Assembly: GCA_002633005.1 (NCBI GenBank)
Contig: NMRA01000141.1
Coordinates: forward strand, 297,609 to 361,608
DNA: 64,000 nt
Source: Phoronis australis
Taxonomy: Eukaryota; Animalia; Phoronida
Direction of reading: 5' to 3'
This document shows, in pieces, positions 28,439-41,309 of this stretch. The notes beneath the pieces are model-generated. The model was not told the DNA's origin and ran no database searches. It was given only the letters and a program-made list of their open reading frames with translations. Positions within the stretch are counted from its first letter, which is position 1. Each line of letters opens with the position of its first letter. Both the position numbers and the translations under genes were made by a program.

Positions 28439-28793
28439 AGCTAAAGATAACAGCAGACATATCATTGTGTTTACATATTCTCTCATCTTGATTGGCTGTA
28501 TTCATTTAGATTGACATGTTGCAAATATCCATTTACCACTGTTTCAGGAAAGAGCAACTATAATGGAGTGCTTGGACTGCGATTACAACAAAGTTGAGTG
28601 AAAATTCAGCAATCAATAAATCAGTTGGAAAAAAGAATTAAAAAATGATCGTATTGAAAACCACGTCTTCATCAGTTCTGCGATGAAACTTATTTCCAGG
28701 AATTCAATCTTAACTGATGATTTCATTTTATAGCGACTTAAATTTCAATCTAATCAATGCAAACGGTAAAAAACTAGCAACTGCTCAAATGTA

Positions 28794-28957
28794 GTGAGAG
28801 GCAAACTTGTGCATACACAAGAGTAGAGACAGCAGTGAGAGGCAAACTTGTGCATACACAAGAGTAGAGACAGCAGTGAGAGGCAAACTTGTGCATACAC
28901 AAGAGTAGAGACAGCAGTGAGAGGCAAACTTGTGCATACACAAGAGTAGAGACAGCA
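28794..28957 (+). repeat. 41-bp perfect minisatellite x4 (gtgagaggcaaacttgtgcatacacaagagtagagacagca)
   Basis: Four essentially identical head-to-tail units. Confidence 0.95.
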
Positions 28958-31159
28958 GGCGAAAAATCTCAGACTTCAGATACAAATAGTTGCCAGACTT
29001 TTTTTACAATGGCATGGAGTTTATCTCGTTCAATCCGCCAAGGGCTTATAACATTACTGCGAATGGTTATCAAAACTGTCCAACGGTAACAACAACATAC
29101 AAATCAAGACTGACACAACCCTAAGTTCGTGGTATCTTCCCTGAAAAAATGAAAAATAATAAAATTTCGTTTGTTCGTCACATTGTGTACTATACTAATG
29201 ACAGTTCACCATGCAGCTTGTGATACTCTCCCTCCAAAAGGCTCTAAACATGATTCCAACTGTTACCTTGCCATTCCATTCTCTTCATTCCTACTAATGA
29301 ACACCGGGCAGTCTCTTGCTGAGCCCAGGTCAATGTAATTTTCAAGTAAAAGAATGAAACCCAGAATCATCAAGCAATAACACTATATCAATCATTTGTC
29401 TTTCCAAGAAACCTGTAAAGCAGAAAAAAACACTTCTCAAAACTTGGTATAAAATTTTCAAACAAGGCGCAGACATTTTACAGATGGTGAGTATTAAACT
29501 CTTTGTTACAACACATTCGCTCGTTTGTCAGTCCCCAGTCCCGTCCGTCCGTCCCTCCGTGAATATATACATACTTACAACTTTTCATAGCTTCAAGCCG
29601 CAGTAAACAGTGGTCTGGTGTTCAAAAACCTTAACTTCATTCACTGGACTATTGACTCTTCCAAACATATGTCCAAAGAAAGGTGCCCTAGGTTAATATC
29701 AAAAACGCAAATGGGCAATGTAATACTGAAATCTCAATAACGAGGAGGCACAAAATCGAAAGATGGCAGTTCTTGCATTTTATGGTGTTGGTTATACAAA
29801 CATCAACAAAACTAAATTTTCAGTTTCACATATGGCATCAGACAAATTAGATCCATATCATCTACTGGTGAAGACATCTCCCTGAAAATTGACAGAACTT
29901 CTTCACAATAGAAAGTTAAGAGGGCCCACATTACTCTTGAAATCTCGACAAACCACTAGAACGTCAGTCAACAAGTGAACAAATCCTACTACTCAGGGGA
30001 CAGGGTATCTCAATCAACCAATCTTTCCGGTAAATTTGTTTAAAAGGTTTAAAAACGCTTAAATTGTGCTTATCTACTAACTTATCATGATATGGACACC
30101 AGTAAATTTTGTCTATAGATAAAGTATACAATTGATTTTGTCCTCTATGTAAATCAAGGTCAGATAACAAAGCCAGTAACTGTTTACAGCATACTATTCA
30201 ATGGCATTATTTTTCACAGCGTCACTGAGAAAATATTGATAAGGCAAATTCATAAAGAAACTAGATGTGAATGAAAATACTCAAGACAAATTGACAACAA
30301 AGGAGGACTAAATACGTTAATTTTTTGCAAAATTACTACCAAAATACGATATCTTTTTGCATCCCACATGTTGGTCACATCATGTGACCTATAGTGATGC
30401 GACCATCACGTGGGATGATTTCATATTTCTTACTAATATCAACATGCTGATTTAAACCTCTATGCTCAACTTATGTCTATTTTTTTAATAAATTGTCATT
30501 ATAAATTACAATTTCATTATTATGTATAGATAGTGCTGGTTGCAGCAGGGTTGCGTTAAAATTGTCCATGCGTTTTGTCCATTATATGCCAATGGTATTC
30601 AGTGAACGCTGTGCTATAGAAGATGCAGCGGGCCCGCTAGACACCATCAATTAGATCAGTTGCCACAAGTCTTCGTCTATTTGACACAAAAATAAAACTA
30701 AAATATTTTTTTTAAACTTTAAACTCCAATTACCTTACTTCAACTAAGAGAAACGTTACCAAAATGTTATTTCATGAGGACAAACGTACAGTGACCAGCA
30801 ATAAGGAGACTAATGCATAACTTGTAAATAAATTCATATTTCTAGCAATATCTCGACAAAAGTAAAAAAATGAATACAGTTGCCTATCTTTTCAAATGAA
30901 AATAATATGGAGAGTGTGACAAAAAATTCTTAATGATATGCTGGTGTCTGATTTTTTAAAGGGATCTAGCACGTGATGTCTCTGCATGTGAATGTCATGT
31001 GACAACATCTCATTGACTTTTTATCTTGGAACACAATCGAGTAATTTCAATACATAGTTTTGCCCAAAAGAATAACACCGCCTAGCAATTCCAGGAATAA
31101 CGTTATGTTTCTCTTTGTTAGTTAATATGTCAAGATGTTTGCGATCAAATTGTTGAAGA

Positions 31160-31413
31160 TATCATAAATGGTTATAAGGCATTGAACAGCTGACTGGCAA
31201 ATCATAGAAATTGTGCGAAAAATGATCACCCGTATCTGTGCTCTTGCGCAAGCGCAATAGAGATAATCCCTTCCACCTTGCCCTAGTTTCGCGTTTAGAC
31301 GTATAGTTGACATGGAGCAAAATAATTGGGTGCAACTTGCTCCACCTTACAAACGGGTGACAAAAGTTGTCATCGTGGTGTCAGTTTGCGCCGTGTCAGT
31401 GCTGTTTACACAC
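31160..31413 (-). repeat. Copy B (shorter) of the same module
   Basis: ttgcgcaagcg..agagataatcccttccaccttgccctagt..agacgtatagttgaca..tgtttacac aligns by eye with copies A and C. Confidence 0.8.
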
Positions 31414-31761
31414 ATAATTGTGGTACCTGATCATCTTATGCAGTACCAACTTTTGTAGAGTAAACGGAACTTAGGAAATATCGCACTCGTTAAGCACTCT
31501 TAATAATTGCAATTACAATATGGGTAAGGCCTTTTAAGAGATTCAAAATCGTTTTATACCGATAGATGGAATTTTATGAATGAGTGACAAGGCATCATGA
31601 CCACACCACAAAGTCACATGTAGGTAGGCTAATTTTTATAACAGCAGTTGAAATACAAAAAAGATGTTATTAAACTGGAGAATCAAATGCCTAAATTTTC
31701 ACTATTTTTCTCTGATCAGACAGACAAATTAAGCACCAAAAGGACATCAACAATACAAGGT

Positions 31762-31999
31762 CCTTTTGCAATGTGACTGCTTTTTCAACACTGTTTATAT
31801 TTATAAAATCAGATGAAATTGTAATCAGAAAGATACAATAAACAACATCAACGGAAAATATGTCTGTGTGATTGCAAGCTCCTTTTACAGTCTGACTGCT
31901 TTTTCAATACTGTTTATATTTATAAAATAAAATAAAATAAAATAAAAAAATTGTAATTAGAAAGATACATTTAACAACATCAATGGAAAATGTCTGTGT
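31762..31999 (+). repeat. Diverged ~115 bp tandem duplication; second copy has an (AAAAT)n expansion
   Basis: tgactgctttttcaa-actgtttatatttataaaat..agaaagataca..aacaacatcaa-ggaaaat..gtctgtgt occurs twice. Confidence 0.85.
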
Positions 32000-32039
32000 T
32001 TTCGTGTGTGTGTGTGTACCTTCAGATTTCAGACATTAC

Positions 32040-33005
32040 CTTTGGGAAAACACCAGCCGTATAACTACTCCGTCTTTTCTCAAGGTAACGCCCAGTTTCC
32101 GAAGAACAATCGAGACTGGCTTCGTTCTCAGACAAATTACTCAACCTCAACAGAACGTCGGCAAACTGGCTATCGCGGCCATTACGGTTTCCCCGCCGGT
32201 TCTGGTGCAAGGATGGCATATCAATGCTGTGACGGCGGCGAGGTCCACCTGAGTTACTAGAGGTGGTGGTGGTCAAGGCGTTGTTGGATGTAGCTGGAGA
32301 ACATCCCGCTTTCCCTCGGATTTTGTTAAAAAACTTCGCAAACGAGCGTTTCTTCAGGACGCCACCATCTAGTTCATCAGTTTCCTCTTTAATTCGGTCT
32401 AGTGAACACTGCAGTGCAGCGGAGTCCACTGAAAAGCGCCGATGGAGGTGAGGTTTGGCAATCTCATAGCCTCTGTCCACGTCCTCTTGAGATTCAGTTT
32501 TGAATTTATTCAGCAATTGTGCCATATTCGTTATCTTTTCCTCATCCCTCTCAATCAAAAGATTGGGAGTTGGCAGCGACGCTCGCCTCTGCTTCTGATG
32601 TCCAGCACTTGAATACTCCTTTGGTCCGCGAATTTTCGCGAAAAGCCTCGAGACGGGAGATTTATTGCGTAAACGTTTGCCATCATAATCGTCACTGCCA
32701 CCAGAAGGATCAAGCCAATCAGACTCTACCTCAACACAGCCCCTATCCACATTGCTTTCTTGTTCCTCACAACGCTTCAAACCGAAGAATTCAAAGTGCT
32801 TTGAGACCTTGTCCAAATCGTCATTAGATGCATCAGCTGGGCGACATTCATTGATATAAGTCAACTCAGATGGAACACAGTTCAGATCCATTTTGCAATT
32901 GTCATTGTAATCCTGGGTCTCTTCTTTTCCTTGATCCAAGTCTGTAAACATGAATGTTGCTGATGGCTCCAAAGACGAAAACCAAGATCCCTTTTCCATG
33001 CTCAT
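32040..33005 (-). CDS. PRKAG2: Large alternative first coding exon (MSMEKGSW...YTAGVFPK), 322 codons, probably disordered
   Basis: Longest ORF in the window (327 aa); AAG|gtaatg donor five codons before the stop, phase 0, compatible with acceptor 25826. Assignment to this gene rests on strand, phase and similar RRxS-rich composition. Confidence 0.7.
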
Positions 33006-36000
33006 GAAGACGCAGACAACAGTGATGCAGAGGATATCTTTAAACAGGATGTAGATACTTCTGTTGCAGACAGTATAACAAAGTACCCCTTAAAACTTTC
33101 TTTAACAACGGTATTATACACTTCTGTAAACCGCCAAGTTTTGAGCGTTTAAATGTAAGATCGCCAATAGAACCACACACCTGAAGGCAAATACGCTGTC
33201 ACATCCAAAATGAGAATTCTTGCAGGATGGACAACTGTCGCTGGGGGTGCCAGTTGACACAGTGCGTGATTAATGATGACAGTTGACAAGTGCAACACCA
33301 CCAGTACAGTCTCCAGTGGCTGTACTATCCCTGTTATCTCTGCAGCACAGCAAGGACTGCTAAGCAATGCATAAAAAGCAATTTATAAAGGATGTTACAA
33401 GCTATTATTCTCCCGAGTAGGTGACCTTTGCCGACAACCCTGGCAAAAGCCTAAGCACTTGACAATACCTTGCACGCCAATAAACTACAACCCCTGGTTG
33501 TAATTTTAACTTGAAATCACCATTACTATAAAATAAATGTTCTTCACAATCTTCACCGCAAGTAACTGATCACCACCAGCACAAGAGAACAACCTGGAAC
33601 TTTGACTCCAAGATAATGCTACCACAAAAGCAAAGTCAGAGGTTTTATAAAAATATCTGTCCTCTCGTGGTACTTATTTTTGCAGAATGTTAGCAGCTGT
33701 CGCTCTGCATTTCTTCCAGATTCCCAGATACTGCACACAGTAGGCGCGTCACTCAGTCACGCACTTCTCATAGAACACTTTGCAGGATCAATACTTCACA
33801 ACGGGAGAAACAGTGAATTACTTGGAGTGAATTTTTAATGGCACACACCCTCCTGGGTTGTTTTAATCAACACAGCCTGCCTGCTGGAGGTTCCTACCAA
33901 GCAACTGCAGCAAGCTAACAAGTCAACATCAAAATGGGGGTAGACCCAGACAGCAGTGCCACAACTTTTCCCCAGTAGGCCTTTGTTTTCATTCCACTGG
34001 CGACTGCTTTCAGTCTAAACGCAGTGGAAATGCATCAGCTCTAGACACCAACTTCGGCACAGGTCCAACTTTTCAAAGATTAGTTTAGACCAACTGGAAC
34101 AACTGATTCACTACTAAAATGCAAGGTTACAAATACGCGCTGGTTATCTCAAAATCCTCTGCAGTAGTCAGTAGTTAATGTTAAAATTCCAGCAGACATT
34201 CTCCAGAGTTGTGTCAGGAATGCAAACGTTTTTGCAGCAGCTACACCACAGCCGCAAAATCTGAACAAGTGATGATGAATCCCCTAATGAACAATCACAA
34301 ACCATTAGTTCCCACAATCGCATTCCTGTCTCGAGATATGTTACCACTCTGCTAATTCCGCACACGCAAAGTCATTGCGGCCATTAACGCCACAAATGCA
34401 TTTTGTGTTCCGTGAACCAATCATACTTCATTTGTCTAATAAACCAAATGCCACATTGCTAAGTCCATCTTGTAAAACGAGTATTGCAAGTGGAAGAAAT
34501 CATATAAAAGCTTCCAACATGAGGGTTCCTGTGCACACAATTAGTGGGTCTGTAGTGTTATTGTATTCGTCAACGCGTTATGGCAATTAAGCACGGTCGG
34601 TCCTTGCAAAGCAATGCTTGTAATGACTAAGTGTTTGCCAACACAATCTGCAGTGCTTCTTGCATTAAATTAAAGCTAAGAACAGTCCCTGCGCGTGGGG
34701 GTGGGGGTGCAGAGGGGATCATCGGCAGTTTAAACATATAGCACAGATGACCAGTGCAATAAATCAAGTTTGAGATGTTCAGGGTGCAAACTGGCAATGT
34801 CACAAAATCTTCAGGCCATATTCGGGTCGCTAGGCATCCTTAAATAGGGCACAAAGAGCTCGATTCAACGTCACCTGTCGTACACGGTAAAGAACTAATA
34901 ATAGGGCAGTTAGTCCTTCACTGTTACTGTTGACTACTTGCCCAGTGTAGAGGCATATTTCTTCTCCATCAACACCACATCAGGCTAAGTAATCCTCAAA
35001 TCACTTCAGTGCAACTGAATGTCCACAAGAACACTTGTGCTGGCAAAGTACATCCTGACACACCAACGGGGCGGGCGTTAGTGGTTGCCACTGTGAATCT
35101 GGGGCACAAGAGGACCAGATCAATCAAACTAAGAGATCTTAACCTCACAGGATACGCTCCATTTCAAAAGTCAATAAAACCTGCCTCCCAAATCAAACAT
35201 AGTGGCTAAAGTTAAAAAATGCCAAACACCGCTAGGAACTAATCCAACTGACTGGCACGGATTGCCAAGTGTATGTGCAGTATTAATGCACAAACCTTCA
35301 TAAAATACCCCTCACTTGGGGGCTAATCCAACTTCTTTTCACCAGGGATTACCAAAACTAGAACACAGACCAAACACCTTCCAAGCACAATGTTTGTAAA
35401 CACCTATCACCACAATAAATTCTGTACTACCATAAACACATAATTCAGCTCATGACAGCCTATTACATACTCCTTCTTGAGCAGTTTGGATTGAACACAG
35501 ACTATAACAACTCCCATAACACAACCACATTACAAATAACAACAATTAAGGTCTTAGTTATTCAACAAATCCAGTCTAATAATAGACTTCTTGGAACACT
35601 TCCACCAGCAATCATGACATAACCCCAGGACATTGGAGTTCAAAGAACACAACCATTCCGACCAGTTGAAAGCCTGATCAATTTGAAACTTGACTACTGC
35701 AACTTAACTACCACATTGATATTTTGTCAATATCCACCAAAAGACAACCGGTTTGTTCATACTCCAATGGTTATTACTGCAAGTCCACTTTCTTTTGCAC
35801 AACACATGATAGCCAATCACAATGTACCACTTCCGTAGTTCAAGCAGATACCACCTGTTTTCTCAACAGTTTAGAATAGCTCATGGTGTAACCTTTTCAC
35901 AGAGCTGTTTAGGACTTTTTCAATTCAAAGCAGCACATTTCTGAGATGTCTCCTAACAGTTTGCCCATAATGCATGTCAACATTCTGAGGACCAGTCATC

Positions 36001-38270
36001 ATAGCTTTGTGCACACATCAGTTGAACACTGGTTGGTTGAACAAGTACATAGGAATGCTTTTTTTGAGTAGATCACATCACGTGTATGTATTGTTTGTTT
36101 CTTTCTGCTTGAATCACCTCACGGATATATCACGAGCTAATGCCATAAATTTATTTGTCAAATAACTATCCTACAAAAAATGCGCCTTGCTGTTTGAACT
36201 TGGCAATGTGCCAACAGAAGACTGCAAACCCAACACTATAGAAAACCTCTCAGCAAACAGACATTGACAAAGTCTGAGGTGAGACAGGACTCGTGTTGAA
36301 TTGCAAGGACAAGTTTAACTATGATCCAATATCAAGCTTTTGATAGGGAGATAAGGTAGTCAAGATTTGAGAGCGTTTGAACTTTGACCCTTATTCCCAG
36401 GGACGCAAAGTAATCCCCTACATATACTGTTTAACCCAGATGTTTGTTGCTTTTTCAAGTTTCAAATATTCAGATTTTAAACTCTTGCCGCTTTAAAACT
36501 ATTTTCTTCACAATAGCACTTTCTCCCTACTAACCACGGGCCCACATCAATGTACTGTTTAGCATTTTCTTAGCAGTCTCACACATACATCAAGAAGTAC
36601 AAAGGAACTGCACAACAGCTAATGTACACCTACAGGTTTTAAAGTGGACTTTCCACACTAAATCTCTATCTCTATGATTTATTGGCCAAATTAGTTAGAA
36701 ACACAACATATAGCGAAGATGTGAATATGAAGTACATTGCCAAATGCTTTTAAGGAGTTTTGTGGCACGTCTATTAAGTATGGTGGGGATAACGCTATGT
36801 GATGCGGGCTACGTGATCCCCGAGGAACGTCATTAATGCAAAGTCAACTATTTGCAGATATTTTTGTTTCCATATTTACAAATTGTCAGTGAATACAACT
36901 GCATTTTGTTTAGCATTGATTATATTAAAACACCATTGTCGGTTTATCCCTGCTATACGTTAGCATAGTTAGGAGTATGCAAATACAACTGTAAAGCCCA
37001 ACCTTGAACACTAAAACGTGAATAGGGAACATTAGAACTCTTTAGAACTGTGAGCACGTAAAAGACATTCACGTGACGCAACTTATAATGCTGGCATGAA
37101 AGACTGGACGAGCTATCGGGACAAGATGAAATTCCTTTCATTTACCGACATTTTAAAACACAGGACATTCTCTAGTGATTACTGCACTGCTCAACAGTGT
37201 CACTATCTTGGAACAGTACAAGTATTGAGACAAAAATGACCTAGAATTCCCTGTGGCTGGGTGGAAGTCTTGTACTGTTACCAGTGTATGGTATGTTACA
37301 TCGTTACCAGTTCCATTTCAATCTCACCCTACTATAACAAGCCATAAGTTTACCAAAAATGCAAAGTATCCAACTGACATTTTTCGGTACTTGCACCTGT
37401 TAAGAAAATATTTATCAACTTCAGGTAAACGCAGCTGCTAAAAAGATCTTTTTCTCATGTTTAAAATATCGCAACAAAACTACCATGATATACTCAAAAA
37501 CTTATCTCAAAGGTTTGATAGCAGCTATAACCTACAAATCCAGGCTGTGTTCTGTGAGACTAATTACTTGCAAGATTGGCGTCACATTGAAGAGCATAAC
37601 TTAAAATTCCGAGAATTTTCCAAGAAATTAGGTTAGGCCAAAAAGCAGCTGATTCTTGTGTGAACCCCGATTTATTTTGAAACCTGTGCACCCACTCAAA
37701 TCCATTCCAGTCAAGGTCTAATTTCTAAAAAGCCCACAAAGGCATGCATGCAAGGTTTTTACTACTGTGCCCCCCCTTGTTGACCCAGGTTGACCCTCGC
37801 TTAACATGGCTGGGAGCACAGGCTATCTGGCTCATTGATACACTGAAACTTGACATAGAACAGAACCAACTAAGCTTTTTGAGCCTAATAAGTTGAGGTT
37901 GCAAGTGTGAAAAAGAATTCTGTTGTACACCGACCACATTTAGCAAACGCTAATATGAAATCAACACGACTCGGCTCGTTTTAAAGGTATTTAAGCTATA
38001 CTGTGCCTTAAATCGACTGATCTACACGCTTTGCACTTATATCCCTTTAATATGGCTACCTTTGTAAAGATGACTGTTACCCAAAGGTAGCACAGTAGGT
38101 GAAGCTGAATGTGTGATGTTTAATGCAGATGCATTACTTTCAAGTTGCTAAATTTAGAAAGCAATTTCCACAATCTTGAAAATGTTAGATCACAAGGCAG
38201 AAATCGATAATTATCTGTAAAGCACTGTTGGATAAACCAAAACTGTGTCAAGTTTTAAGCAAAAGAACTG

Positions 38271-38275
<5 letters not shown>

Positions 38276-38303
<28 letters not shown>
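38276..38303 (+). repeat. (AAT)n microsatellite
   Basis: Read directly from the sequence. Confidence 0.95.
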
Positions 38304-38304
<1 letters not shown>

Positions 38305-38636
38305 TAGCATTTCTAGCACTATTTAAAACACAATGTGGCACATTACAGAAATTCCGATTTTTGTTATTTCTCAATCATAATAAACACCAAGGAAACTTTT
38401 TTCCATTTTTGGCCATACTTATGAAACAATACCTGCAAATAATTGATTTACAAAATTTTCAATCTTTGACAAAAACAATTATGTTTTGTGCACAGTAATC
38501 AAGTGGGTATAGCTCAGTCACATAATACGACTTGGAGAACAATATTGCAGATTACTATCACCATGACTACAACCAAAGCAACTAAATTTCCACTGCACTG
38601 GGATCACCTTTCAGCGACAAACAGCACCTGGTCGGA

Positions 38637-38637
<1 letters not shown>

Positions 38638-38670
<33 letters not shown>
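38638..38670 (+). repeat. (AAC)11 microsatellite
   Basis: Read directly from the sequence. Confidence 0.95.
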
Positions 38671-38671
<1 letters not shown>

Positions 38672-41308
38672 GAAAACTGGCAAGCTTGGGAATTTCTAAA
38701 AACATCCAACATTTAAATTCCAATAAATAATTAACATACTAAGTCACTATGGAGAAACACAACCTAAACACACCCAATAAGCCCTTTCACACAGCAGTCA
38801 TTATAAACAGTTAACTTCGGTGCTGGATCAAAGTTAACTGTGTTGGTTAACTTCGCAGTTAACAGGTGGACTTCACGGCAAAGTGTCAACGCTCCGTTAT
38901 CAACTTCAGTCTCATCGAAGTTATCACCAGGGGCCACTGCTATCGTCAACAATTCAAGGGCTATGTTGTCGCTAATATTCGCTTAAGCTTTGGTCGAATA
39001 ATCACCAATCGAATTAGAAATAAGTTTTATGTTAGTTATCACATGTAAATGTTCTCAAATTGCCATATCAAAACGCTCTTAGTGCACACAGGATGCATCA
39101 GTGCTTACCTTGTGATTACTTCGATGATGACAGCATCACCTAACGTTTACTTTGATGCCGTTAAGTATCAAAGCTGGTAGGAACAATTCAATACACTTGG
39201 CAGTTTACATTGAAACTCGGCTTATAACCAAGTTAAGTTAGTATGAAAGGGCCTTAAGACAAAAAATTCGGAGATGTTTTGAGAATTAAAGCATCTATAC
39301 CAATGAACCAGTAATCGGGTTTTGATTCTATATTTAGAGGTTTACATTTGCATGAAAGCACATCGACATATTACTTTCCATTAACGGGTGGGGGGCACTT
39401 AAATAGAGGGTGGACAGTAACTAAACGTATGCTCTTAACTTCAACCAGCATGTGTGCTGTCCTTTGAAACTGAAGTCCGTAGACCACAAGGATTTGTCGC
39501 CAGGCTAGTCCTGTCAATGCGAAAGTTGAATCAAAACCTCTAACCGACATATGTATGAGCATAGCTCAGTAACCAACTTGAAACAAGAAAAATACTCGAC
39601 AAAATTCTAGAACTGACCTGCCACATAATTATCGTCAAAGTAGTTGAAGATGTAAAGTTCGATAACCTCCTTTTGCTCACGCTGTTCAAGCTTTGTAACT
39701 CGAATGATTAAAATACTGTAAAACTGCTTCAGTTTGGGACAGTAAAAATTTTGTACCAATATTTAGAAACATGCAATATTTGTAACAATTCAAGAATTAC
39801 CATCCATGACAAATGATCACTCACGTCACACGCTATCAGGACGCATGAAAAGGTGACCTTGGCAGCTATTTTTTTCCTCAATTTTATGAACTGCCAAAAT
39901 GCATTGTCCAAAATTTGAGAACTACGATGAACATCAAACTCGACCGTGTCCCAATCTACAGAATCATGAAAATTCAAGTGATTGAATTTTAGAAACTTTC
40001 CACCCTGGAGATATCAGGTGATTTGAGTGGTACTGATTATGTGCCAAACACGGTAAAAAATATGAAAATTTTCGAAAGTACGTAGAGGGAAGGAGGGTGC
40101 TTACACGATCATGATCGTTAACTCTAATATTTATGGTAATTTTCTAGTCTGACCAAGGGCCTACAATTACTATTAGAGCTAATTTATCCTTTCATTATCT
40201 CTTTCAGGATGTTACCTCATCTTCAATTAAAAATATTGACTAATAAATCATAGCTTCACGATCTTGCACAATACTCAATGTCATGTGTAATTTGCACAGG
40301 TCGATAACAGCCTCAAAGTTTGTGGATACAGCTTTCAAAAATCAATAGAACGATCAGAAAACAGACGTCAATGGCTGTGGTAATTCAAAAAAAACACAAG
40401 ACTTTTTACTCAAAATGGGACTGATCAAGAATAAGTAGAAAACCCAATTGATCAAGGAAATGGAATGTTTGTCACTCACATGGAAGGCTAAGTTTCTCTA
40501 TTAAATTAGAATTCAGCACACACTGGCTAAAACGCTAGCATTTTCTACAAGTTAAGTAGCGTAGCAAACCAGCCAATAATGTGGTTTCAAGCGGCACTTA
40601 TGCCGGTTCTTTGTTGGCCGTTTGACTTACCCCAAAATTGCTGGTGTTTTTGCTGGCACTTTTGAAGGCATACTACTTACTTCAAACACAGCTGCGCAGG
40701 GGGTAACCAATTTATGGCCAAAAGTGAATGCTTTTGACACCAATTTTGTTTCAGGTGTTGAGGAAACAAACTCAGTACTTCTGATAAAAATAATCTTTTA
40801 CCACACGCCACACGGTCTGTCTGGTTAAAATACTAGCAATTTCAGTAGTATGTAAGCAAGTGAAAATTTTTGACGCTCATGGGAACCAAAAGAGCTCTTA
40901 CACTAACATTTTGCCCTCCTTCAAATTATCACCTGCGTGATTTACAAGTGATTTGAACCTGGAAGGGAGTTTTTCAATAACACGAGAGAAATTTATGAGC
41001 CTCATTTGGGGAATTTCGTGCGATTTTTCAATATTTGGGGAATGGGGCCAATATTTGGCCACAAATTCAAGGGATTGAGAGCCCTGAATTAATATACCTG
41101 CAAAGGTGTAGACCGCAACTGGACAATAATAAAATTGATGTAAGACACTTTTCCATTGAAATGAAATTGGAAGACATGCTTTTTGCTAATATCACTTTCA
41201 TCAAACAACCTGAATGGCAGATTTTTCGCGTTGGTGCTCTCTAGAGTAATGAGAGTGCAAAAGGGATTTCCACTTGATTCCGACTTAGATTTCATGGACA
41301 GAAATACA

Positions 41309-41309
41309 N
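41309..41309. other. Single-N assembly gap or ambiguity
   Basis: n in gaaatacantcccatg. Confidence 0.95.

Noticed and set aside
28794-28957. CRISPR-like or coding repeat
   Set aside because: Contiguous 41-bp units without spacers; the period is not a multiple of three.
31983-32827. Plus-strand ORFs opposite the 322-codon exon
   Set aside because: Antisense shadows with no independent support.
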